NCBI GenBank assembly: GCA_036785375.1
Contig: JAWMAR010000079.1
Span: 2,170,001 to 2,234,000 of the forward strand
Direction of reading: 5' to 3'
From: Leucoraja ocellata
Taxonomy: Eukaryota
Length of the DNA: 64,000 nt
A program made the position numbers and the translations under genes. The notes beneath the pieces were generated by a model. It saw nothing but the letters and a program-made list of their open reading frames with translations. It was not told the origin of the DNA and ran no database searches. Below, in pieces: positions 50,300-63,073 of this stretch; the stretch's first letter is position 1, and every line of letters starts with the position of its first letter.

Positions 50300-50640
50300 T
50301 TCTGTAGTGTAATGGTTGGTGCTGCTACATCACAGTTTCAGCAGCCTTAGTTTGACCTGCCTCTGAGATCAAGGCAGTTTGGAGTTCACGCTTTCTCCTT
50401 GTGACCTTTATGGTTTTTTCTAGGGTGCTCTACTTGCTTCCCACGTTCCAAACGACTGCTGCTAGATTAATAGGGCACTGTAAAGTTCCCCGAGTGCAAG
50501 TGGATGATGGGAGTATCAGGGGAAAATGGTGAACACGTGATACAATAGGTTACAGAGAAATAAATGGCTCACTGAGTCTAATGGGAATTCTCTGGGAGCT
50601 GCCATAGACTCGATGTGCCGAATGGCATCCTCTTTAGCAT
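50300..50640 (+). mobile_element. Diverged V-SINE
   Basis: GGAGTTCACGCTTTCTCCTTGTGACC..CTTCCCACGTTCCAAA..GACTCGATGTGCCGAATGGC. Confidence 0.6.
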
Positions 50641-51284
50641 AAGGAAAATGAGAAATATGAATGTCCACTTATCCACTTTTTTTTGTTTAAGTCTCAGTTC
50701 ATAATATTATGCATGGAACACCTAGGGAGTAAGATACACTCGCTGATGCCACAATTATGTAATGAAATATTAAACTTGGGATCCATTTTGGAAATTTAGG
50801 TGGATGCAAGTGATTCCATGACACTCTTGTAGAACAGATCATTTTTTTCTTGACGTTGTTGGTTAATATTTGGCCGAGAACCAAAAGTAGGTGATGTGGT
50901 CATTATCTCACTGACATCTATGGGAGACTGTTATATGCAAATTAAATTTACCTTCATTGTGACTGATTATATTTCAGAATTTATGTTATTGGCTGTCAAG
51001 ATGCTTTGGATGTCCCAATATTACGAAAGGTGTTATAAGATCTGTCTTCATATAATGTCGTCTGTCTGCAATGTGAAGTGGGAGAAGAAGTCCAATAATA
51101 CAAACTGTCAAGACTTTACCAATGAGAATCCATGAGGAGTGATCTATTACATGTGTGGTGCTCTTCCTTCACCTCTTCAGGTTGATTTCCTCATTGCAGC
51201 CATCAGTCTTTACTTGTGAGACCACAACTCAAATGTTTTCCGATAGGTACAATATTGGCAGTACTGGAAAATTGTAGCTATGAG

Positions 51285-51635
51285 GAAACATAGGTGTTGT
51301 TTTCTCTGGAACAGATGAGGCTAATAGGGGCGGTTGAGGTGTGTAAACTGATGGGATTTAGAAAGTCATTTGAGGGGTCAAAACCTAGAGAACATGGACT
51401 CTCCAAGTAAGTGGTAGAAGGATTAGATGGGAGGTAACAAAAGTTTTTTTTTTTATCCCCAGAGGACGGTGGCAGTTTGAAGCTCGCTCTCCGAAAGGTG
51501 AGAGAGACAGAAATGCTCTTCACATTTGAACAATACTTGGATGTGTACTTGAAGAGCTGTAACTTGCAGGTCTATGGGCCTGGTGCTGGGAGTTTGGATT
51601 GGGCTGGGAGATTTGTTGCTAACTAGCACAAGCAC
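51285..51635 (+). mobile_element. Degenerate CR1 LINE 3' fragment
   Basis: TTGTTTTCTCTGGAACAGATGAGGCT..CCCAGAGGACGGTGGCAGTTTG..TCACATTTGAACAATACTTGGATGTG, a CR1 ORF2 end pattern. Confidence 0.65.
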
Positions 51636-52063
51636 AATTGGCTCCTGCTTTGACCATTTTCTCGCGATTCCTCGATCCAGGTTTAGCAGCAGAATAAGTT
51701 ACAGAAGCATTTTGTTTTCACAGTCCAAGATGCGCGTATTCAGCAACACACCTTACCGAATTAGTGTGGCAGCATTAAAACTTTTTTAAAACAGTAAATT
51801 ATAAACTGCCATAATTTCTCCCCCGGGAAGTAATAAATGACTAAGGTAATCCTGAAACTAAGGGAAACTTGCGTTGCATGAACCTGTAGAGAGATTTAAT
51901 TAGAAGCCTTGACTGCAAAACTAACCCCAGGTCGAAAAGTAGCCAAAATCTTCACTCCCCAGGCTGAGGAATTCCAGGAATTTTCATTATTTTCAGGGGG
52001 AATTTGATAGGCCCGAGTCGCAGAAAAGAGTTAATGCTGGCTTGAAAAGCCTGTGCATGCATG

Positions 52064-53670
52064 CAGTGCTCTCCATAATGTTTGGGATAAAGACCCATCA
52101 TTTATTTATTTGCCTCTGTACTCCACAATTTGAGCTTTGTAATAGAAAACAATTACATGGTTAATGTGCACATTGGTAGATTTTAGTAAAGGCAATTTTT
52201 ATACATTTTGGTTTCACCACGTAGAAATTGCAGCAGTGTTTATACATAGTCCCCACATTTCAGGGCACCATAATGTTTGGGACACAGCAATGTCGTGTAA
52301 ATGAAAGTAGTCATGTTTAGTATTTTGTTGCATATCCTTTGCATGCAATGACTGTTTGAAGTCTGTGATTCATGGACATCACCAGTAGCTCGGTGTCTTC
52401 TCTGGTGATGCTCTGCCAAGCCTGTATTGCAGCCATCTTTAGCATCTGCTTCAGTTTTCTCTTCAGCATATAAAAGCCATGCTCAATTGGGTTCAGATCA
52501 GGTGATTGTCTTGACCACTCAAGAATTTACCATTTTTTTAGCTTTGGAAAAACTCATTTGTTGCTTTAGCAGTATGTTTGGGATCATTGTCTTGCTGTAG
52601 AATAAACCACTGGCCGTTTGTTTGAACTTGAGCAGATAGGATGTGTCTATACACTTCAGAACTCATTATGCTACTACCATCAGCAGTTGTATCAGAAATG
52701 AAGATAAATGAGCCAGTACCTTCAGCAGCCACACATGCCCAGGCCATAACACCCCCACCACTGTGTTTCACAGATGAGGTAGTATGCTTTGGATCTTGGG
52801 CAGTTCCTTCTCTCCTCCATACTTTGCTCTTGCCATCACTCTGATATAAGTTTATCTTCGTCTCATCTGTCCACAAGACCTTTTAACAGAACTGTGGTTG
52901 CTCTTTTAAGTACTTCTTGGCAAACTGTAACCTGGCCATCCTATTTTTGCAGCTAACCAGTGGTTTGCATCTTGCAGTGTAGCCTCTGTATTTCTGTTCA
53001 GGAATTCTTCTGCAGACAGTGGTTATTGACTAATCCACACCTGACTCCTGAAGAGTATTTCTGATCTCTTGGACGGGTGTTTGGGGATTATTCTTTATTA
53101 TAAAGTGAATTCTTCTGTCATCAGCTGTGGAGGTTTTCCTTGACCTGCCAGTCCCTTTGCGATTAGTAAGCTCACCAGTGCTCTCTTTCGTCTTAATGGT
53201 GTTCCAAACAGTTGATTTTGGTAAGCCTAAGGTTTGGCTGATGTCTCTAACAGTTTTATTCTTGTTTCTCAGTCTCCTAATGGCTTCTTTGACTTTAATT
53301 GGCACAACTTTGGTCCTCATTTTGATGAACAGCAATAAAAGTTTCCAAAGGTGATGGAAAGACTAGGTGCTGAGAGCTCTCTTATATCTGCATTTAAGAG
53401 ACAAGTAAACACACCTGAGCAATTACAAACGCTTGTGAAGCCATGTGTCCCAAACATTATGGTGCCCTGAAATGGGGAGCATATGTATAAACACAGCTGT
53501 AATTTCTACATGGTGTAACCAAAATATGTAAAAATGGCCTTTAAAAAGATCCGACAATGTGCACTTTAACCACATGTGATTTTTTTTTCTATTACAAATC
53601 TCAAATTGCGGAGTACAGAGGCAAATAAATTAATGATGGGTCTTTGTCCAAAACATTATGGAGGCCAGGC
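52064..53670 (-). mobile_element. Near full-length Tc1/mariner transposon, IR/DR type (decayed)
   Basis: About 1.6 kb, beginning CAGTG, with ~225-bp inverted repeats each carrying two CATAATGTTT(G/T)GGA direct repeats and disrupted transposase ORFs on the minus strand. Confidence 0.93.
52350..53320 (-). pseudogene. Tc1-family DD34E-type transposase pseudogene
   Basis: HTH region (RDISQTLGLPKSTVW..GTGRSRKT) 53030-53335; WTDETK..VKHSGGGVMAWAC..QQDNDPKH 52538-52876; SPDLNPIEH in another frame near 52480-52510. Stops and frameshifts present. Confidence 0.92.
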
Positions 53671-56600
53671 ACCATAATGTGTGTAATCACACCAGGTGCC
53701 ATCATACACTTGAATTCTAATTCATGCCATGATCTCTCATCAAGGAGTGTTCAGGCAGCCTTTAGAAACACGCAGAACCTGGCTGCAGAGATTGTATTTG
53801 TATTAATGAGAACCTGTGTAATCTCTACCCATCTTCCATTACTGAGGCTTTGGGTCCTTGTGTGCAAATTGGCTGCTCCTCTCGTATTATTACAGTGACG
53901 ACAGTTCAAAAGTATCCAATCAGCTGAAAATCACTCTGGAGATATCTCTTTTGCTAGATATGACTATTTAGCTGTTTTTTAATCCAAGCTAAACGGTTGT
54001 CTTGCATCCTATACATTTTCATTGGATGTGCCTCCAGCCACCTGGATGGAAGAGTTGGAAGTGGGATGGACTTGGATTTATCTTTCTTGCCCTTGCTGCA
54101 TGTCTGGCATTCAACAAGTGAGATCCACCTCATTTAAGGTTTTGTTTTCAGTACAGCAAACAGGAAGATGTTTTCTATGTTCTATGAAGAGTCACAGTGA
54201 TTAATTCAAACTTGAGAAATGGGCATCAAGTTCTGCCAGAAGGCTTTCATGCGTCACTTTAATTTTTGTTTGCTGCATTAAAGAACACCTCATAAATCCG
54301 TTGTTTATTTTGCATTGGATCGATCATCTGTACAGCTTGTTAGTGAAGGAAGCGCGTAGGCTATGAGGATGTGGACTTGGTGGTCAAACTGTTCTCCTCA
54401 GTGAGCTAATGGCTGAAAGGTTGCTGCAGGAAGTTGTACTGATGACTGTGCCCTATTCGGTCTTTGAGATTAACTTGTAATGAAGTCTGGACCAAGCCCA
54501 TCGCAAGGACTGTGAGGGGGTAAAGTGAAAAATGAGGAGCAAAGAAGTGCCATGGGAAGGAAGAGTTTGAGTCTGTTGAGGGTTGAAAGGCAAGAGGAGT
54601 ATGGAAGTGAGTGATTTACTGAGCTGAAATACTATTCCATGGGACTTGTATATTCTTGGCTTCCATTAAGATCACTCAGTGAAGTGCCCTGAACTCAAAG
54701 GACGGTTCTGGCACACAGAGTTGGAAAACGTACACAGGAATTAAAACTTACAAGGTTTTTTTTTGTCGGGGGGGGGGGGGGGGAGAATCTGTTCCAGCCA
54801 AAAAATATAGTAAAAATCAAAAAAAAAAAGTTTTTAAATGGATATTTGGGCATAATTAGAAAAAGTCTGGATTGAGATGAGCTGCTTCCTCTTATAGGTT
54901 TAGCGCTATAAGAGCTGGATTCTTCCCGGAGTCAGAGTCCTTTGTGGAGTTGGATCGGGAAGAATTGTGTTTGTGTCTCCTAGGCCGGAATGCCATGTGC
55001 TGACTGTTGTGCAAGAGCCACTCCCCTTCAGGGGACTTTATTTGGAAAAGAAATAGGGGACAGATTATATTTTTATGAAGGGGAAATGCCACACCCTTTA
55101 CTTTGTTCATTTTCTCCATTTGATCAGGCCTGCCTTGATCAACACTACAAGAATCAGCAGTAAAGTTGCCAGCACCCAGTCCCCCGAGGCTATAGTGCAC
55201 TGGTAGTTTTTCTTTCTCAGAGACTGGAGCTAATGGATGTGCCCCCTGCTCTGGAGTTACAACATGTCCCAGCATGGTACCAAAGGAGTGTTGTGCTGTC
55301 AGAAATGCTGACTTTTGTATGAGATGTTCACCTCTCAGGTACCTTGCCAGCTGGGCAAAGAAATTCCAGAAAGGAAAAGAGCATGTGCTGGGGTGGATGT
55401 GAGGCAGCAAGATACATTATTCACATCATGAGCTTTTGCTAGTGGAGTAAGAGGGAAGGGAGTATTTGAATGGTCATGGCAATGGAAGCATACGGGCAAA
55501 TGGGATTAGCATAGCTGGACAAAAGGGTTAGCATGGGCATGTGGGCCAAAGGGCTCATTTCAGTGTTGCATGACTCTAGCTAAACAAAATCGGAGGGAAA
55601 AATACAACAGCAGAGATAAAATTGACAGAAGGACTGATTTCACCAGCAAATGGTTGGAGAAAAGATAAGCAGGGTCATGACATACATCACTGGGAAATAA
55701 AATGATCTGTTGATCATCACATTGCTCTACGTGGGATGTTCTGTGTGCACCACCTCAGTTTCCCCACATTAGGTGCCCACAGGAACTGCATTTTATAGCA
55801 CTCCATTGACTGATTAGCATGGGGCACCCTGGGGGTGTGAACGGTGCTATAGATATGCAAAATATTTGCTCTCGGGGGCCCTTGTTCTGAGGGGAGTGTG
55901 ATTCACCCCCACAGAGTAGGATTCATTCTTGTTGAGAGACAGACTAAGGAAGCTCGGGCCTAATCAGTATGGATTACATTGGAATGTGTGTGGGTGGCAT
56001 GAAAGGGACTGGCATTTGCATGGGCATAATTCTGGGCGTTATCAATGACATACGATCAATGAAGGTAGGGAACCTGCATAAATATTGGCAAACAATAATA
56101 CAGATTCGCTGATTACATCTCCAGCCAGGATTTATTTCTCAGCTAACTCTAACTGGTTGTGTTCACACACTTGTCTGTGGGATCTAGTGTGCAGAAATAC
56201 TACATTTCCATTGTAGGATCATTGAAAACAATCCAAAGCTTTTCCCAACATCTGTAAGAACTCTCTCTCCCTCTCTCCCTCCCCCCTTGCTCCCCTCCCC
56301 CCCCTCATGACCTTGCAGTGAGGCTTGGTCTTCACTGCATCAATAAGCAAGAACCATGGGCTTTCCTTAATGAAACCCATTTGCCCTGATGAGGCACACT
56401 GGGACAGGAATGGGGAGGGAGAGCTGGTCTGATTCCTCTAGGATCTCTGGGATGGGGATCTGTGAAGCACATTCAAAAGTCTCTGATCAAGTGATCAAAC
56501 ATCAAACCTGAGATGGAATACTGAAGTGGAATCTTGTAACTGGTATAGTCATGGATGGTAACTGGTATAGAACAAGGATGTTTGACAAATAAAACTCTTA

Positions 56601-57309
56601 TAAACGAGGATAGAGTGTGAGTGAGTAACCAGAGAGCCACTCCGCTATTATCTACCTGTCTCCAGAGACGTAACTCGACTCTCTGCTCAACCCACACTGA
56701 GATAAAGGAGGGAGGAGGCTTTGCCATTGGACTTTGGGGAAAAAAGTGGCAGACTCCTGGGGCCTGGGCCTCAAAGTAGGGATAGGGGTGGGGCTATTTG
56801 AAGATTTCTTCTGAAAACAAGAGCTTTCTCTCAGTTCTTTACACCCCATAAGGGACTTCCCATGGTATTTTCTCAAAAGTGAGAATGCCTTTTTTGGAGA
56901 AAAGACATAAGACTGGAAGACGAAAAAGGCTGTTTATCCACTTGTACCTGTTGTACCACTAGATAAGATTGTCACTGATCCTTTATCTCAGCATGACTTT
57001 TGTGGACTTGCCCATATTCCATGATTCCCTTACTATCCAAGGATCCAAGCATTGTCAGCACAGCAGGATCCCATGGATGGCAATGTGATGATGGCCCAGT
57101 AGCCTATTGGTTGATATAAACTTTAGGCAGAGCAGGATCCAAGCTCTGCTGGCAATCTAAAGAATCTAAAGTAGGTGCCACTTTACAGGAACCAGAGGTG
57201 GAACTTGGCATATTTTGATCTATGCAGCCTGCCATCACATCGATGTGACAACCACTGCAACCCTGCCAATTGACTAAATATTTCTTGTTCTTTGACACAC
57301 TACCCTCAG

Positions 57310-57600
57310 AGGTGTATGGCACAGAGTCAACTTTGGCCCAACGTCCATGCCAACTGTAATCCCATTTCCCCTGTATTAAGCCCATATCCCTCTACTTGCC
57401 TATCTGCCCTAATTCCTTTCAAATTGTAATTTTATTTGCCTCCACCACTCATCTGACATCACTCATCTAAATAACCAGTGTGAAAAACTTCCCACTCGGA
57501 TCTCCTTTAAATTTTTCCCTCTCATGCGCGTTCTAGTTTAAGACTCCCTCGCGCCTTGGAAAAGACTATCTGCCTTCTCTAAGCTTCTCATTTTATAAAC
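57310..57600 (-). mobile_element. Degenerate CR1 LINE 3' fragment
   Basis: Similar to 32270-32700 (GGCCCAACGTCCATGCCAAC..CCCATTTCCCCTGTATT..TGTGAAAAACTTCCC). Confidence 0.65.
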
Positions 57601-59429
57601 AAAATCCCAGCGTTCCTCTTGGGTTTTTTTTAAAAATTCCACTCGTGTTTTCAATTTCCACTGTCGTTTGTCCCTTCCCAATCTCTGCCGTCTGCTCCAG
57701 AGATATATAACTTAGAATTCAATCTGCCCTGGCTAATAATGATCTTTTAACTAATATCCCTAAAACTAAACAGATAGTTATTAAATTACTGATTGCGGGA
57801 TCTTTCTATGTGGAAATGTGCTGCTGCTGTTTTTCTTGGATTAAAGTAGTGAAAGACTTAGTGTAAATGCAAAATCTTTGTTTAAGGCAGACATTTCCTG
57901 TGGGTTTTAAGTACAGGGCACCTTTTTTCTCCCCAACTTTAATCAGATCCACCCAAATATTTTGTGGGTTTTTGTTCGTCTTTTCTTGGTCCTTCATATT
58001 TTTAGAAATAATTATTTTGCAGTACACATCTAATTTTTTTTTAAAGCAGTTTTTAATTTCCTCGTCTGTTCGTCTGCCTACAAGAGAGGGGAAATGCTGA
58101 CTGCTTGAAACGGCCCCATATATAAACAAGAGCTCTGTTTCACTGCGTTTGTCTGGCTGATAAGTTGCCTTTCGATGGGAGAGATAGCAGTGTCGCCAGG
58201 CTGAATGTTGCTGTTATAAGTTCTCGTTGTCTCTGTAATAATAGTTGTTCTAAAGTGCTGGAATTGTACCACTTCCTCCAAACAGGGAAGACAGTGGGAG
58301 CCATTATATTAAACCTCTCTAATTCCGAGTCAAAATATTGATCAGGCTTTTGTGGCACACCATTGGACCATGAATTCAAATACTGAATTTTCTTCCCAAT
58401 TTATCTGGCAGTGTTGTTCTGCACTCAAAGCTTTCAGGGCCCCTCCCCCGCTGTCTCCATAATGGCATCACCTAATTGCTTCAGGCAAAAGCTAATAGTT
58501 GGCTACGGATGAGACAGTGCAGGCCCCTTGTATTAGGGGCTGGCTGAGGGAGATCGTGTCTTCAGGGGCACGGCAATCTGCTTTTTGAGGTTTTGTTTAA
58601 AAGAATGTCTGAAAATTTAAAAGTAAAAGGAATTGAGTGGCTGCATTTCAGCAAAGCATTGTTGAAGACTCGTAAAATGTGCATGGGGGAGGCAGAACAC
58701 AATCTCCTATTTACTGCCTAATAGTTTCCTTACGGCACCATCTCTTTATTACCAGCCCCTTTTCTCTCCCCTTTCACCTCTCTCCTGCCTGCTACTCCAT
58801 TTTGCCCCATTACCTCTCACATTCATTCATTGTCTGCATTTTATCAAACCTACCCCCACATACTTGCCCCATGTCACTTATCAGAAAACCTTTTTTCCTT
58901 TAAGCTTTATTTTTCCTTGTGTCTTTCCCTTTCTCCTCTCCCCGTATTGCTCTCCCCCTTTTTCTTCACCTCATTGTGTTTATTTGATGACTTTTCACCC
59001 ACAATTTTTTTTCTTCTGATTTAACACTTTCAGTTCACTTATCTTCCAGTGTGTAATCACTGACTCAGAGTAGGTCGCTGAGTTTGTCAGTGCCTGGAAC
59101 CGCTAAGTCTGTTTGCACACACATTTTAACTGTTTCAATGCTGCACTGATCTGGGGGTTAAAGAAAAGGAGTTGGACAATCAACCCAAAAGCCACTCAAT
59201 TAGAATATGACTGATGTGGGCAATTAATGCCTTGGTTCTGCAACTTGGCGTTTGAAGGTTTCACTTGCCTCTCAACTTCAGCAGATTTTGAGGGGCAGAA
59301 TCCAAGCCATCCGTGCATGACAGTGTTTTCTGACATCACTCACGATGGTCTAGCTCTGTGTGCCTGGGGTAGAGCTCATGACATTGGGGGTAACATATGG
59401 GCATTAATGGAAGATAAACTAGGAGAAAT

Positions 59430-60240
59430 CAGAGACTTAGGATAAATGGGTCATTTTCAGGTTGACGAGTTCTAACTTTAGGGACACTGCAGCAATCAGG
59501 CCTCAACTAATGACTTGGCTGAAGTGGATTGTAGCCAAATTTGCTGAAAATGCTACGATTGATAGTAAAGCAAGCTGTGAGGAGATTGCGAAGAATTATT
59601 AAGGGATAGAAACAGGGTGTGCAAGTGGGGGGAAAAAGTTTGGTAGGTGGAGAATAACATTGGGAATATATAATTTCCACATGGGCAAAAAGATGAGAGA
59701 AACAGAAAATTATCTAAATGGAAAGAGATCTCACAACGCTGATACACAAGAGGGAGCTGGGTGTTCTCAGACATGAACACTGTCAGGTAGTATGCAGGTA
59801 GGGAAATTAATTAGGAAGGCCAATGGAATGTTGACCTTTACTGCGAAGAGGATAAACTATAAAAGTAACAGAGTCTGACTATAAATGCACACGGTGTTGA
59901 TGAGACCACACCCAGAATACTGTAAAGATTTTTTGTTTCCTAACTTAAAGAATGATATACTGTATGGGAATGAATTCAGAGGAGGTTCATAAGATAAATT
60001 GTGAAAGAACATCTGTCCTGGAGATATTCAGAACTAGTTTCTGATATCCATTTAAGACAAATGAGGAATTTCATATCTTAATGAATTTGGAATTATCTGC
60101 CCCAGAGAGCGGTGGAGGCTTATCTATTGAATATATTCAAGAGCAAGGCAAATATTTTAGACTACAGAAGAGTAAAGTGTCATGGGAAATGGATGAAGCG
60201 GAGCTGAGGTCGAGATTGGAATAGCCATGATCTTGGAGGC
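59430..60240 (+). mobile_element. Degenerate CR1 LINE (RT C-terminal half)
   Basis: GCCAAATTTGCTGA (KFAD-like), TTAGGAAGGCCAATGGAATGTTG, TGAGACCACACCCAGAATACTG (RPH.EYC), TGGAATTATCTGCCCAGAGAGCGGTGGAGGC. Confidence 0.8.
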
Positions 60241-61799
60241 ACCAAGAGCTTCAGAAGTTTATTACAGACTAACAATTAACATGCTTGTAGATTGGTTATT
60301 GCATGTGAACCAATCAGAGTAATGTATTAACATTAACTCCACCTTGCTGTACATTTTAAATTAACACTCACTTCCCATATTACGTAGTCACACCGGTCGG
60401 TGGTAGAGATGAACTAACAACGTATTGTAGTACACCACCATGTAAACATGTTAAGAACTGTACAGACACAGTCTGGTGTTCAAAGCCAGCTTTAATCATC
60501 AATCATGGTGGTACAGTAAAATACGTTGTTCGTTCATCCATTGGGTCTTCAGAAGTCTTGATCCGACACTGCATGTTGCACAGTAGCCAGCACCTCCTTT
60601 TCCATTTCGATCTGTTGTCTTCCTCCTTATAACCTTCTCTCACTTGTTCCTGACAGCAACAATGGTGCTTACAACACTTGGGACATTTTGAGCTGATGGA
60701 CGTGGGAAGGAAATGTCTTTCTTTTTATTTAGGATTGTCCTTAAATGCTCAAAATGGTAATGAATAGTTGAATATTTGAATAGTTTTAAAATTCAGTTGA
60801 GTTGTAACATATTATGACCGGTGTGTGTTGTACACTCAGATGAAGTTGGAATGCATCAGTGAGTGTGCTTGGAATGAGAGTAGTTGGAATGTTCGTGAGT
60901 GTGCTTGATAGAGTTATTTTGTTTACTAATTGGATGGTGTGTTCTAGAGTACAGTAACATTGTGGTTCAGTTACTTTGTATGATGGCCTATTGATAAAAT
61001 GATTTCAAATGTCATCATGTAATTAAATAAATCAGGAATTATAAAGCTAACTCCTAGTAATGGTGACCATGACTGTTTAAAGTAATACTCAACTGGCTCA
61101 ATATTGCCCTCGTGGAAAGGAAATCTACTGTTCTTGCCCTATCTGGTCCATGTGTAACTTTAAACACATCAATATTGTTGACTCTAAGCTAACTCTCTAA
61201 AAACACCCCAACATTTGTTTGTTTAAGGGCACGTTGTGTGTACTGGTCTTGTTTGTGATGTTCACATCCTCTGGACAAGTTAGTATGGTCTTTTAAAACT
61301 CAGGTAGACACAAAATGCTGGAGTAACTCAGCGGGACAGGCAGCATCAGGGTGATCCTGTTTAAACCAGCCTCTGCAGTTCTTTCCTATAGTTCTTTTAA
61401 AACAAATTGTGTCCTAGGCCAAGTACAAAAGTAACCACTGTGCTGCGGCAGGGCAGCTAGCCATCCAAGGGCCCAAGAACGTTCGAAGCAGTTGGATCCA
61501 GAAAGTGTATTAAACATTTGGTTACTTTAATGGGGAGGATGGTAAATCGGAGATAGGCTTGAAGTTTCTTCTGTTGCCATTTATCCCAGGGCATCAGGAA
61601 GTAGTCAGCCAGTCCTTTGGATAGCGGGTGTTGGAGCTGGACAGTCGGGGACTTCATTAATGGTTTTGTCAAGGCAGCACTGAGGATGTGCAGCATTGTT
61701 GGAGGTGCCACTTCTGCAACTTTTTTTCCCAGAGCACTGAAGTAATGTTGGAAGCATAGATAGATTCCACAAACTAAAACATCATAAATTATCATTTAA

Positions 61800-62035
61800 C
61801 CCTTTTAAAACTGATATTGATTGGAGAGTAGTTATTACCCCAGAATTTTGCCAAATACCTTGTTGGTCTTTGGAGTGGTACTGTGGGATCAATTTAATTC
61901 CTCCTCGGAGGCAACCACTGGCTCAGTTTGACGTCCCATTTGCAGGACTGTGCCTCGGGAGGTACAGCACCCTATCAGGACAGTCCGTTGAGATTATTTA
62001 CTCAAATGACTAAATTTATGACCTCTAACACTGAG
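61800..62035 (-). mobile_element. Degenerate Deu-domain SINE remnant
   Basis: Reverse-complement similarity to 46130-46330 and 16420-16690 (CTGTGGGATC..GGCTCAGTTTGACGTCCCATTTG..ACAGCACCCT). Confidence 0.45.
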
Positions 62036-62939
62036 CAGGAGCTCTGTCCACTATTTACTCAAGTTTTCCTTAACAAGCATCTATATCGTCTGTCCAGCAT
62101 GGATCTGTGCTCAGTACATTGCAGCGATGGTTTTAGGAGGAGGCTTGAAGCACTTGATGCACAAGATTTGCTCTCTAAAACTCTCCTCTCTCTCTCTCTC
62201 TCTCCTCAGACTCAATGGCCCAGTGTAGATTGAGGGGTCAGGTTTTAAAGGCTCCTGTAATGCATATCTGGACGATTTACCACATTAAGGGCATTATTTA
62301 AATAAAAGTTGCTTATTAAAAGAAAATTAAGCATTTTTATCCGTTGCATATAATCAAGCTTCTCCATAATATGGGAACAGTTACTAAATGTTATATCCCG
62401 AGTTACAACTTGTAGGCGCCGCCTGCTCAGTCTGATTGTGTCTTCGTGTGGACTGGTGGCTATTGCCAGGGCTAGTCTAACTGAGTTCCAGCTCCTGACC
62501 GTTGCTTATGAATTCCTGGGTTTTGTTATCAGTCGATGGAAGTTACTGAAGCAAAGAGCGGTGAACTCTCCTCAATCAACAGTCATATAACTGTTGGGGA
62601 ATCCAGTCTCAGATAAGGAAGGGTGAGTGGAATGAAGCCTTGCAGACCCGAGGGCACCAGCCAGTGGGACAGCTGCAGTCGTCTTCAAAGTTTCTGGCTA
62701 TCTGATAACTTGTGCTTATTAAGTAATTGGGTCACAATTTGTTATTTGCATAGCTTAATTCATTTTATTTTAGTGCACAAAATATGTTGAACTATTGAAC
62801 AAAGGCAGCACAGCAACTGACTGTTGGCAGATTTAGTTTCTATTGGTAATCCTGGAATAGATCTTGAAATGGGATAGGTAGAGGTGAGGAATAGGAGTGG
62901 GGGAAGATAGAGAGATCACTCTGTGTTGACACCACTACA

Positions 62940-63073
62940 TGTGTAGGAAGGATCTGCAGATGCTGATTTACTCCGAAGATACACAAAATGCTGGAGTAAC
63001 TCAGTGGGTCAGGCAGCACCTCTGGAAAGAAGCAATGGGTGATGTTTTGGGTCGAGACCCTTCTTCAGACTGA
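62940..63073 (+). repeat. Penelope-derived short repeat, well preserved
   Basis: TGTGTAGGAAGGATCTGCAGATGCTG..ACACAAAATGCTGGAGTAACTCAGTGGGTCAGGCAGCA..GGGTCGAGACCCTTCTTCAGACTGA. Partial copies at 1057, 35258 and 61305. Confidence 0.8.

Noticed and set aside
54892-55410. 172-aa minus-strand ORF
   Set aside because: Non-ATG start, no recognisable homology and no supporting exon structure.
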